Origin: Patescibacteria group bacterium | GTDB taxonomy: Bacteria > Patescibacteriota > Patescibacteriia > Patescibacteriales > UBA12465 | Direction of reading: 5' to 3' | Length of the DNA stretch: 60,397 bases | Assembly: GCA_041650715.1 (NCBI GenBank) | Contig: JBAZKQ010000003.1 | Location: forward strand, 1 to 60,397 | Part shown: positions 17,677 to 26,492 of the stretch, piece after piece | Layout of the letters: each line of letters starts with the position of its first letter | How positions within the stretch are numbered: position 1 is the first letter of the stretch | The notes under the pieces: generated by a model | Told to the model about the DNA's origin: nothing | Databases searched by the model: none | The model's input: only the letters and a program-made list of their open reading frames with translations | Position numbers and translations under genes: made by a program

Positions 17677-17758
17677 TGCGGGCGGAGAGACTCGAACTCT
17701 CAAGAGTTGCCCCGCTAGCTCCTAAGGCTAGTGCGTCTACCAGTTTCGCCACGCCCGC
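17677..17758 (-). tRNA. tRNA-Leu (anticodon TAG)
   Basis: 82-nt class II tRNA: acceptor GCGGGCG/CGCCCGC, anticodon loop CTTAGGA, 13-nt variable arm, T-arm GAGAG-TTCGAGT-CTCTC. Confidence 0.85.
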
Positions 17759-17869
17759 CGAATTTTTACTTTCTTTTCGTATTTCTATCTTAAACAATTA
17801 TTTTTATAATGTAAAGAATGTGTTATAATAAAAACATAAAAATAAAATAAAATAAGAATACATACGATT

Positions 17870-20281
17870 ATGTTAAAAAATAAATTTGTTCATTTTTTTT
17901 CGGAATTAGGCATCAAAGACGTACCCCAGGTCGGCGGTAAAAATGCCTCGCTCGGCGAAATGTATGGTCATTTAGTAAAAAAAGGTTTACGGATACCGAA
18001 CGGGTTTGCGACTACGGCTTCAGCCTACCATTATTTTTTGGATTCAACCGGCTTAAAGAAAAAGATTCAGGCTATTCTTAAAGGTTTGAACACTAAGGAT
18101 GTTAAAGACTTAATGAAACGCGGTGCAGAAATCAGAAAAATTATAATTGCCGCTGAATTACCGAAGGATTTTTCGCAAGCGATTGGTGAGGCCTACAAAA
18201 AATTGGCGGCGACCTATAAGGTTAAAAATATTGACGTGGCTGTCCGCTCCAGCGCAACGGCCGAAGACCTGCCGGACGCTTCATTTGCCGGCCAGCAAGA
18301 AACCTATCTTAACGTTACCGGGGAGAAAGATTTGCTTTTGGCGGTTAAAAAATGTATTGCTTCCTTATTTACTGACCGAGCAATCTCTTATCGGGTTGAT
18401 AAGAAATTTGACCATTTCTCGATCGGGCTTTCTGTTGGCGTGCAAAAAATGGTGCGTTCTGACCTTGGCTCTTCCGGCGTGATGTTTACGATTGATACGG
18501 AATCGGGATTCAAGAACGCGGTCGTCATTAATTCTATTTTCGGTTTAGGGGAAAATATTGTGCAGGGTCATGTTACTCCGGACGAGTTTTATGTTTTTAA
18601 ACCGACCGGCGCGATAATTTCCCGCAATTTGAGCAAGAAAAATATTAAGATGATTTATGATCTTAAGGGTAAGAATCCGGTAAAGAATGTTCCTCTTGCT
18701 CCCGCCGATCAGATTAAAGCATCGCTCAGCGATAAGCAAGTAAGGCAGTTGGCTAAATGGGGGATGATAATTGAGGAACATTACCATCGGCCTATGGATA
18801 TTGAATTCGCGGTGGACGGTCGAAATGATGAGCTTTTTATCACTCAGGCACGACCGGAAACGGTTCAGAGCCAAAAAAATCGGCAAGTAATTGAACACTA
18901 TATATTAGAAAAAAAAGGAAAGCTTATTACCAAGGGGCAAAGTGTCGGTGATAAAATTGGGGCCGGAATTGCCAATCGAATGATGAGCGTCAAAGATATT
19001 GATTCCTTTAAACCAGGCCAAGTATTAGTTACCGATATGACGGATCCGGATTGGGAACCGATTATGAAAATTGCGTCTGCTATTGTTACTGATAAAGGAG
19101 GGCGGACTTGCCATGCCGCGATTGTGTCGCGCGAACTGGGAATTCCCTGCGTTGTCGGCACCGAAAATGTTTCTCTTAAAGTTAAGAGCGGACGGGCGCT
19201 GACTATTGATTGTTCCTCGGGCGAAGATGGCTACGTCTATGAAGGCAAGCTGCCGTTTAGAGTTGAAAAAACCGATATTAAGAATTTAAAAAAACCAAAA
19301 ACAAAGATAATGATGAATATTGGCGAACCTGATTTGGCTTTTTCAACTTCTTTTATTCCTAATGACGGTGTCGGTTTAGCGCGCATGGAGTTCATTATTA
19401 ATAATTATATTAAAATACATCCCCTGGCTCTCATTAATTACGCCAAACTCAAGGACCAGACCGCCAAGAAAGAAATTGATAAATTGACAGTCGGCTACAA
19501 AAATAAATCTCAGTATTTTGTGGACCGCCTCGCCCAGGGCATGGCGCGAATCTCCGCCGCTTTTTATCCGAAAGACGTCATTTTCCGTTTAAGTGATTTT
19601 AAATCCAATGAATATGCGAATCTAATCGGCGGGAGTGCGTATGAACCGGTCGAGTCTAATCCGATGATCGGTTTCCGCGGTGCCAGTCGTTACTATTCCC
19701 CCGAGTTTTTACCGGCTTTTAAGCTTGAATGCCAAGCAATTAAAAAAGTTCGGGAAGATATGGGTTTAAAAAATCTCAAAGTAATGATCCCATTTTGTCG
19801 AACTATTGAAGAAGGTAAGAAGGTTCAGGAAATTATGGCGGAAAATGGTCTGAAGCGCGGAGTAAATGGTTTGGAAATATATGTGATGGCGGAGATTCCG
19901 TCGAATATAATTTTGGCGGAAAAGTTCTGCCATATATTTGATGGCTTCTCTATTGGTTCTAATGATTTAACCCAATTGACCCTTGGTATTGATCGCGACT
20001 CAGGTGGAACTTTAACGGTAGCTGGTGTTTCTAACGAAAAAAATGAGGCCGTTAAGGAATTAATTAAAAGCTTAATTAAGACCGCGAAAAAATATCGCCG
20101 TAAAGTCGGAATTTGCGGGCAAGGACCGAGCGATTTTCCTGATTTTGCCGAGTTCCTTGTCGAACAGGGAATAGACAGTATTTCTTTAAATCCCGACACG
20201 GTTATTGCAACCACTATCGCCATCGCGAATAAAGAAAAACAAATCAGAAGGAGCCGCGGTTTACTAAGTCTATTTTTCTAG
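17870..20281 (+). CDS. ppsA: Phosphoenolpyruvate synthase (pyruvate, water dikinase)
   Basis: 803 aa. ATP-grasp N-domain, phosphohistidine motif GGRTCHAAIVSRELGIPCVVG, C-terminal PEP-utilising TIM barrel (GSNDLTQ). Confidence 0.9.
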   Translation: MLKNKFVHFFSELGIKDVPQVGGKNASLGEMYGHLVKKGLRIPNGFATTASAYHYFLDSTGLKKKIQAILKGLNTKDVKDLMKRGAEIRKIIIAAELPKDFSQAIGEAYKKLAATYKVKNIDVAVRSSATAEDLPDASFAGQQETYLNVTGEKDLLLAVKKCIASLFTDRAISYRVDKKFDHFSIGLSVGVQKMVRSDLGSSGVMFTIDTESGFKNAVVINSIFGLGENIVQGHVTPDEFYVFKPTGAIISRNLSKKNIKMIYDLKGKNPVKNVPLAPADQIKASLSDKQVRQLAKWGMIIEEHYHRPMDIEFAVDGRNDELFITQARPETVQSQKNRQVIEHYILEKKGKLITKGQSVGDKIGAGIANRMMSVKDIDSFKPGQVLVTDMTDPDWEPIMKIASAIVTDKGGRTCHAAIVSRELGIPCVVGTENVSLKVKSGRALTIDCSSGEDGYVYEGKLPFRVEKTDIKNLKKPKTKIMMNIGEPDLAFSTSFIPNDGVGLARMEFIINNYIKIHPLALINYAKLKDQTAKKEIDKLTVGYKNKSQYFVDRLAQGMARISAAFYPKDVIFRLSDFKSNEYANLIGGSAYEPVESNPMIGFRGASRYYSPEFLPAFKLECQAIKKVREDMGLKNLKVMIPFCRTIEEGKKVQEIMAENGLKRGVNGLEIYVMAEIPSNIILAEKFCHIFDGFSIGSNDLTQLTLGIDRDSGGTLTVAGVSNEKNEAVKELIKSLIKTAKKYRRKVGICGQGPSDFPDFAEFLVEQGIDSISLNPDTVIATTIAIANKEKQIRRSRGLLSLFF

Positions 20282-20307
20282 AGCTCATCTTGCAAAGTAT
20301 AATATTA

Positions 20308-20341
20308 CAAAAACACCGCCTACGAAAGGTGGTGTTTTTTT
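20308..20341. terminator. Terminator between convergent ppsA and the 3D-domain gene
   Basis: AAAAACACCGCC-TACGAAA-GGTGGTGTTTTTTT. Confidence 0.75.
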
Positions 20342-20369
20342 ATGCTCATTTAAAAATTATTTTCTTCAC

Positions 20370-21029
20370 TTATTCGATAATCTGAATTTTTGCGACTTTA
20401 ACGCCAAATTTTAAGGCATCGCTCCGGTTCTTCATCCAGACATCAACTCGGTTGGGATGTTTTTGGTTCATACGGTCGCGGACAATAAAGATGCGATCAC
20501 CATATAATTCGGGAATTTTAACTTTAGTGCCCATCGGTAAAAAATTGGCGGCGATAGTATCTTCAATCCCGTGCTCACAGACATTAAAGCCATTGGCGGT
20601 TATACAGGGACTATTATCAGTTTGCCCAGCTTCTGAATTATAAGCGGTCATGGTATGGACGCTCTCTTTTAATACTTTATCGACTTTAACAGCGGTGGTA
20701 CCGGTAGCCGCACTCGTTTCACTTATAAGCTCAATATCGGCGACTGGTGCAATCACGGGGGAACTGCTTGCCAGGGCAACCGGAGCGTTGGTGCTTGCTA
20801 ATTTAGCTGCTTCCAAGTCCATGTGGGTATCCTTGGTCATGGAATCGTTAGAAACCATCATTTCCTGGTCAAGTCCTGCGGCCTGTGCTTCCTGAACGGC
20901 TTGGTTGGCCAGGGCGGGAGCGAAAAAAAGAGTAAATTGGAAAATACACGCGATAATAGTAGCTAAAACGATGTTTTGCTTTCTACTGAGGGGGACGATC
21001 TCCTCACGAATGATTTGCATTATTTTCAT
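20370..21029 (-). CDS. Secreted/anchored 3D-domain protein (MltA/RlpA-like DPBB fold, putative cell-wall lytic)
   Basis: N-terminal TM segment. C-terminal MTAYNSEAGQTDNSPCITANG...GTKVKIP...IFIVRDRMN...VDVWM is typical of the 3D domain. Confidence 0.7.
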   Translation of the reverse strand: MKIMQIIREEIVPLSRKQNIVLATIIACIFQFTLFFAPALANQAVQEAQAAGLDQEMMVSNDSMTKDTHMDLEAAKLASTNAPVALASSSPVIAPVADIELISETSAATGTTAVKVDKVLKESVHTMTAYNSEAGQTDNSPCITANGFNVCEHGIEDTIAANFLPMGTKVKIPELYGDRIFIVRDRMNQKHPNRVDVWMKNRSDALKFGVKVAKIQIIE

Positions 21030-21160
21030 AGTTGTTTAATATTAGCCAAATAAAAAATCCCGACTCTATCATATTAGATATTATTAAAGCAGGGATTTTA
21101 TTGACTGATTACTGTATCATATGGGCATTAAAAAGTCAAGGTTCGCATGGGGACAAGTCA

Positions 21161-21189
21161 TTGACATTATTTAGTATTTGTGATATAAT
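21161..21189 (+). promoter_or_regulatory. Consensus promoter upstream of ORF 21296
   Basis: TTGACA (21161-21166), 17-nt spacer ending in TG, TATAAT (21184-21189). Confidence 0.6.
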
Positions 21190-21295
21190 AATTTATTAGT
21201 CAAGGTGATTAATATGAAAAAATAGAGCAGATTTCGAAGCTCTTTAACAATGAAATAAAAACAAACAAAAAATAAAAACAAAAACGAAACCAATC

Positions 21296-22162
21296 ATGAG
21301 AAAAAATCTGTATCTGACTGGGATTATCATTAGTATGGTAATGCTCGGTAGCGCCGTGTTCGCTCAAAACACCATCAGCGATCAAAAAAAGATCGATGAT
21401 ATTAATGCCGCGATTCGCGAAAAACAGGCAACAATCGCCCGCATTGATTCGCGTCTAGTTAATCTCGTCGATTACTCGGCGGGGATAAAGAAAGCAACGC
21501 TGGAGATTGACTCAATTGAGTCTGAAAAACCGGAGACTGAAACCGGTAGAAAACTTCAGAAGATTGAAGTAAAACAAAAGATGACCGCGCTTAATGTATT
21601 ACTGAAAAAACAAAAAACTTTCAGTAAATACTCGGGGAAAAAAGTTGAGCGTGATGCTTTAGCTGCGCAAATCATAAAGCTTGAAGCCGAAAAAAACGCC
21701 ATATTTCAGGCGTACATTACGGATACTAAAGTTCCGACGGAATTGAGTCCGAAAGAACTACGCATGCGCGATCGCGGATTTGATGCCAGACATCAAGATT
21801 TAAACGCTAATCGTGAAGAAAGAATTGAGTATAATTCTGCAAAACGCGAAGACCTGACTTTCCGTAAACTGGAAAATAACCCTGTTTATGGAGACTCGTC
21901 AGGATTTATGGGAATTATATCCAATCAGTATTTTGTTCCCGTGATCTTTAGATTTAAATCATTGGATGGTGGCGAAAACAAGGAGCTTTTGATAGGTCCG
22001 GGAAAAATTATTGAAGAAAAATTAATCCCAGGAACTTACGAAGTAACATTTTGGAATGGTTCTCGCCAAATTGGCACGCCGTCAAAATTTACAGTTGATG
22101 CTGTTATCACAAAGTATGACGGCGCCCCCTGTCATTGGTGGGCCTACCAACCCAGGTTTTAG
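21296..22162 (+). CDS. Secreted hypothetical protein (signal peptide, coiled-coil, C-terminal beta-rich domain)
   Basis: MRKNLYLTGIIISMVMLGSAVFA/QN signal peptide. No family recognised. Confidence 0.6.
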   Translation: MRKNLYLTGIIISMVMLGSAVFAQNTISDQKKIDDINAAIREKQATIARIDSRLVNLVDYSAGIKKATLEIDSIESEKPETETGRKLQKIEVKQKMTALNVLLKKQKTFSKYSGKKVERDALAAQIIKLEAEKNAIFQAYITDTKVPTELSPKELRMRDRGFDARHQDLNANREERIEYNSAKREDLTFRKLENNPVYGDSSGFMGIISNQYFVPVIFRFKSLDGGENKELLIGPGKIIEEKLIPGTYEVTFWNGSRQIGTPSKFTVDAVITKYDGAPCHWWAYQPRF

Positions 22163-22184
22163 TTAAGTGAATAAAACACTTAAC

Positions 22185-22216
22185 AAAAGAGCAACTCACA
22201 CAGTTGCTCTTTTTTC
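22185..22216. terminator. Bidirectional terminator (ORF 21296 and the end of the pilin array)
   Basis: AAAAGAGCAAC-TCACACA-GTTGCTCTTTTTT. Confidence 0.75.
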
Positions 22217-22244
22217 ATATCTAAATTTAGATTTGCTCGTTTAT

Positions 22245-22670
22245 TTAATGCACGCCGCTTGAAGTTCCTTGCGGAGCGCCGGCCCCGCTAAAAGGAATAT
22301 ATTTAAAGACAAAATAAGTAATCGCATAAGCGGCCACGACGATAACCAAACCGATAATCGCGGTTTTAATCGTGTCTTGAGCTTTTTTTACTTGGGCTTC
22401 ATTGCCGCCTGCGGTCATCCACTGGAAACCGGCGGCAATCATTAAGACAACAAAAATCGCACCGAGCAGACCGAGCGCGGCTTGAATAATTGTTGATATC
22501 AAAGAGCCGAGTGAAGTTTGTCCCAAGCCGGCCGTCGTCGCGATTAAACTTGAATTAGTGTCTAATTTTTTTCCGGCCTCACTGTTTGGGTCAAGTAATT
22601 GGGCGGAAGTGGTTGAAGCAAGGATAAAGAGTAGCGATAGACCGGCAATAATATTAATCAATTTTTTCAT
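22245..22670 (-). CDS. VirB2/TrbC-like pilin paralog 1 (last gene of array)
   Basis: Signal peptide, variable segment, TM1, FQWMTAGGNEAQVKKAQ loop, TM2. Confidence 0.75.
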   Translation of the reverse strand: MKKLINIIAGLSLLFILASTTSAQLLDPNSEAGKKLDTNSSLIATTAGLGQTSLGSLISTIIQAALGLLGAIFVVLMIAAGFQWMTAGGNEAQVKKAQDTIKTAIIGLVIVVAAYAITYFVFKYIPFSGAGAPQGTSSGVH

Positions 22671-22681
22671 AGTGTGAAATA

Positions 22682-23095
22682 TTAAGCGCGCAAGATTAAT
22701 TTTTGAAAAATAAATGACCAGATAGCATAAGAGGAAAGGGTAATAACAAGTCCGATAATGGCGCGTTTAATCATGCTCTGGGCTTTCTCTACCCTCTGCT
22801 CGTTGCCAGAAGCGGTCATCCACTGATAGCCGGCGACGACCATAATAATTAGAAAAATAGCACCGAGCAATCCAATCGCCGCCTGGATAATTATGCCGAC
22901 GGTGGCCATTAGTCCGGCCTGTTCAACATTAATATTGTAGCCACCGCTACCGGCGACGGTATTCAATTTGCCCAGCATGGAAGTATCATCTCCAGTCGTT
23001 GTTGTGTTTGTGCTTTGAGCAAAAACGAAATAAGGCAGGATTAAAAGGGCCGTTAAAATTAAGAGGGGGGCGAGATGACTCAAATGTTTGCGCAT
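22682..23095 (-). CDS. VirB2/TrbC-like pilin paralog 2
   Basis: Signal peptide from MRKHL (internal ATG 23095), T-rich variable part, YQWMTASGNEQRVEKAQ loop between two TM segments. Confidence 0.75.
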   Translation of the reverse strand: MRKHLSHLAPLLILTALLILPYFVFAQSTNTTTTGDDTSMLGKLNTVAGSGGYNINVEQAGLMATVGIIIQAAIGLLGAIFLIIMVVAGYQWMTASGNEQRVEKAQSMIKRAIIGLVITLSSYAIWSFIFQKLILRA

Positions 23096-23099
23096 AGAA

Positions 23100-23480
23100 T
23101 TAAAAGTTAAGTTGCGGGCCCAGTATTTTAATAACAAAATAACTAATCGTATAGGCCCCGAGCACGACGATTAGTCCGATAATTGATTCTTTTAAAATTT
23201 CTTTAGCTTTATCTACTTTTTGCTCGTTGCCGGAAGCAGTCATCCAGAGGTAGCCGGCGTAAAAAATAAATATCATGAAAACGCCGCCGAGCAGGGAAAG
23301 AATAGCCGAAATTATATTGCCCAACATGGGCGTCAGTTCACGACTCGTATTGTAGCTTCCGCTATCGGTAGCGGTCGTATTTACAATATTCATCGCTTGT
23401 CCGATACCCGTTCCGTCCGCCAAAACTACCCCAGGCAATAAGAGGAAGAAGGAGATGATTTTGAAGACGAGCCTTTTCAT
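23100..23480 (-). CDS. VirB2/TrbC-like pilin paralog 3
   Basis: MKRLVF signal peptide (ATG 23480). YLWMTASGNEQKVDKAK loop between two TM segments. Confidence 0.75.
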   Translation of the reverse strand: MKRLVFKIISFFLLLPGVVLADGTGIGQAMNIVNTTATDSGSYNTSRELTPMLGNIISAILSLLGGVFMIFIFYAGYLWMTASGNEQKVDKAKEILKESIIGLIVVLGAYTISYFVIKILGPQLNF

Positions 23481-23503
23481 AAGATAGAAGTAGGTCAAAA
23501 AAA

Positions 23504-23905
23504 TTAATTAGAGCCGAAATAACTAATAACAAAATACGCGATTGCGTAGGCGGCGCTAACGATAATTAAGCCGACAATCGCTTCCGTAATCATTTGCTTT
23601 GCCTTGGCTACCTTTTGGTCGTTGCCTTGGGCAGTCATCCATTCTAAGCCAGCCCAAATCATAAAGGCAAGAAAGACTACACCGAGCAGACCAAGGACAA
23701 GTTTGATTACTTCGCCGATGATGAGTTCCGGGCTCGGTGCGTTGCTCGGGTTATAACCGGCATTTGCCCCTGTTGTGCTTAATCCCGTATCAGCCGCAAA
23801 GTTAAAGGCGGAACTGGCCGGCGCGAAAGAGAGAAGGGCTAATAACAAAAAACCCCATAAAAAGAAGGTTTTGTAGATATTATGATTGAAGCTTAATTTC
23901 TTCAT
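23504..23905 (-). CDS. VirB2/TrbC-like pilin paralog 4
   Basis: LEWMTAQGNDQKVAKAK loop between two TM segments. Its start overlaps the stop of paralog 5 by 4 nt. Confidence 0.75.
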   Translation of the reverse strand: MKKLSFNHNIYKTFFLWGFLLLALLSFAPASSAFNFAADTGLSTTGANAGYNPSNAPSPELIIGEVIKLVLGLLGVVFLAFMIWAGLEWMTAQGNDQKVAKAKQMITEAIVGLIIVSAAYAIAYFVISYFGSN

Positions 23906-24303
23906 TTAATAAATTGGTTCGTAACGAAGTTGCCTATAAAGGTCGTAATGGCATAAGCGGCAAAAACAATAACGATACCGATAATAGAATTAACCAATAA
24001 GTCTTTGGCTTTGGTGACGCGTTGATCATTGCCCTGCGCGGTCATCCACATAATACCAGCCATAATCATCATTAATAAAAACAAAACACCGACGAAAGAA
24101 AGAACGATACCAATAATATCGCCGGCCTTGGATTGAATAAAATTCTTTTCTGGAGTTTGACCTTGAAAGGCGGTAACGGCACCGGCGGTTTGATCTAAGC
24201 CGGTAAGCGGATCGCTGGTTGTTACTTGAGCTTGAGCGCCAAAAGCTAAAATAAGAGAAAAACAAAAAACAAAGAGAGAAGAGATAATTATTTTCTTGGT
24301 CAT
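23902..24303 (-). CDS. VirB2/TrbC-like pilin paralog 5
   Basis: IMWMTAQGNDQRVTKAK loop. Start could instead be ATG 24321. Confidence 0.75.
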   Translation of the reverse strand: MTKKIIISSLFVFCFSLILAFGAQAQVTTSDPLTGLDQTAGAVTAFQGQTPEKNFIQSKAGDIIGIVLSFVGVLFLLMMIMAGIMWMTAQGNDQRVTKAKDLLVNSIIGIVIVFAAYAITTFIGNFVTNQFIK

Positions 24304-24321
24304 AGAAGTAAGTTTAGGCAC

Positions 24322-24392
24322 TGCTCTAATCAGAAGCTATTCTTATGATCAGAGCAGCGGTTCCCATTTAAGATGAGAACCACTTAATATGG
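24322..24392 (-). promoter_or_regulatory. Two intercistronic hairpins between pilin paralogs 6 and 5 (possible attenuator/processing site)
   Basis: CTGCTCTAATCA...TGATCAGAGCAG (12-bp stem, 1 mismatch) followed by GGTTC...GAACC. Confidence 0.4.
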
Positions 24393-24803
24393 CTAATTGC
24401 CAGTTGTATTCATGGTTGCTCCGTAAATTTGGGTAATGATAAAGGTTGCGATTGCCCAAGCAGCAAGAATGATGATTAAACCGATAACGCCAGCACCTAA
24501 GAGTTGCTTAGCTTCGCTAACTTTATCTTCATTCCCGGCCGCAGTCATCCATTTAAAGCCACCAAATAAAATGAGGCCCACTGCAATCACGCCCAAGAAA
24601 CCAAGAGCGAAATTGATAATTCTGCCGATAATTTCTCTCGGGTCGCCTTGTGCAAGGCCAGTCCCGATTCCGTTATGAACAGCGTCGATGCCAAATAATG
24701 TGTTCTGTTCAGCTGTTTGCGCTAATGCCGGAACGGCAAAAACGGGCAAAACTAAAAAAGAAATAATGGCAAAGGCGATTAAATGTTTTGAGATTTTTTT
24801 CAT
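24393..24803 (-). CDS. VirB2/TrbC-like pilin paralog 6 (first gene of array)
   Basis: FKWMTAAGNEDKVSEAK loop between two TM segments. Strong SD (AAGGGGGGTGAAAT-ATG on the minus strand). Confidence 0.8.
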   Translation of the reverse strand: MKKISKHLIAFAIISFLVLPVFAVPALAQTAEQNTLFGIDAVHNGIGTGLAQGDPREIIGRIINFALGFLGVIAVGLILFGGFKWMTAAGNEDKVSEAKQLLGAGVIGLIIILAAWAIATFIITQIYGATMNTTGN

Positions 24804-24930
24804 ATTTCACCCCCCTTCTTTTTATTGTATTATTATTTCACATCTCTAATTTTAGCATATTATTTAAAACAAGACAAATAAATTCGTCCATGTTAAAATT
24901 AAGCATAGTTGGGGATAAGTAAATATTTTT

Positions 24931-26481
24931 ATGTTGATATTAGGTAAAAAAATTAATTTTAGGGCAGTTTTTTGGATAATTTTCTTTTTTTTCGTCTTCG
25001 GGCTGCTTTTGCGCAACTCTCTCAGTTATTTAGACCCTGATTTGGGTTGGCATTTGAAAGTTGGTCAGGAAATTTCTGCGAGTGCTCAAGTTCCGCACTT
25101 AAATATTTATAATTATACATTTACAGGCAACTGGGTTGATCACGAATGGTTGTCGAATTTAATATCATTCCAAATTTATAATTATTTTAATTATTTTTAT
25201 TTAAATATTTTCTTCGCTCTCGTTATTGTTGTTTCGTTACTGATAATTTTTTTAGTCGGCAGAAAAAAATATCCCGGTGCGCCTGATTGGCTTTGGGCGA
25301 CCCTAATTTTATTCGGCCTCATTGCCTCTCTGCCCCACTTCGGTGTGCGCATGCAGGAATTCGGTTTCTTATTTCTGGCTTTTGAGTTGTGGATTATTTC
25401 CGCTTACTCGCGAAAAAGAAAATGGCCTCTTTTATTTCTATTCCTGCCGCTTTTTTATTTGTGGGCCAATATGCACGCCAGTTTTTTAATTGGACTCGTT
25501 CTGCTATTTGCTTGGCCCTGGAGTCAATTACTTATTAAACGCTTAAATTGGAAAAATTTATTTGTTTATAGCGGGCTTGGAGTATTAGCTTTCGGCCTGA
25601 CTTTTTTAACGCCTTATCGAAGTGAACTCTATTCTTTTTTAAGCGGCTACCGCCACACTTTTTATATGGGCGTGATTCAAGAATGGGCGCCGCAATTTTA
25701 TTTCCCTCTAAATTATTGGCAGCTATTATTTTTATCATTAACCTTATTAGTTTTTGGTTTATATCTATATCAAATTTATCGCCAGCAAAAAGGTAAAATT
25801 AAACTTTGGGAATTTAGTCTTTTAGTTTTATTTATTATTTTAAGTTTTCGCTCACGCCGGCATTTTCCCTTGTTAGTCGTTGTCGCCTTGCCTTTCTTGG
25901 CGGATGCTCTGACAAGTTTATTGGACCTGGAGCAAGCTAAATTTATATTTAAGCAAAATATTTTAAAGTATTTAATTTGGCTGACTCTGATTTTAGCGAC
26001 CCTGGCGCAGTTCATTGCTATCCGCCCGGTGAACAATCCTTTTAGCCATTACTGTGAAAAATTTCCCTGCCGGGCCACTCTATTTTTAAAAAATAATGAG
26101 CAGTATAATAATTATAGGCTCTTTAATGACTATAATTGGGGAGGTTATTTAATCTGGCAAATACCCGAACGAAAGTTGTTTATTGACGGACGTTTACCGC
26201 AAGCCGATTTTTCCGGGAAAACATTAATCGAAGAGTATCTTAGTTTTTACGAGCCAAAAGCTGATCTATCGGCTAAGTTGAATCAGTATGATATTAAATT
26301 AGTACTTATTAAAACCCATGATGATCGATTGAAATTTAAAAAATGGGAACAAATTATTTTCCGCCTAAAAGAAAATCAAAACGAAACACCGAATTATCTC
26401 CGGACGTATTTAGAAAGTTCTCCGGAGTGGCAAAAAATATATAGGGATCCTTTTGCCAGTATATATTTGAAGAAGGATTAA
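24931..26481 (+). CDS. Polytopic membrane protein, possible GT-C-fold glycosyltransferase
   Basis: 516 aa, >10 TM segments, acidic first external loop (LDPDLGWHL...VDHEWL), soluble C-terminal domain. Family not firmly recognised. Confidence 0.4.
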   Translation: MLILGKKINFRAVFWIIFFFFVFGLLLRNSLSYLDPDLGWHLKVGQEISASAQVPHLNIYNYTFTGNWVDHEWLSNLISFQIYNYFNYFYLNIFFALVIVVSLLIIFLVGRKKYPGAPDWLWATLILFGLIASLPHFGVRMQEFGFLFLAFELWIISAYSRKRKWPLLFLFLPLFYLWANMHASFLIGLVLLFAWPWSQLLIKRLNWKNLFVYSGLGVLAFGLTFLTPYRSELYSFLSGYRHTFYMGVIQEWAPQFYFPLNYWQLLFLSLTLLVFGLYLYQIYRQQKGKIKLWEFSLLVLFIILSFRSRRHFPLLVVVALPFLADALTSLLDLEQAKFIFKQNILKYLIWLTLILATLAQFIAIRPVNNPFSHYCEKFPCRATLFLKNNEQYNNYRLFNDYNWGGYLIWQIPERKLFIDGRLPQADFSGKTLIEEYLSFYEPKADLSAKLNQYDIKLVLIKTHDDRLKFKKWEQIIFRLKENQNETPNYLRTYLESSPEWQKIYRDPFASIYLKKD

Positions 26482-26492
26482 TTAATATGTAG

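Noticed and set aside
24026-24265. 79-aa ORF inside pilin paralog 5 (same strand, other frame)
   Set aside because: It lies fully within a gene whose own frame carries the conserved family motif. Its Arg/Ser/Tyr-rich translation is implausible.
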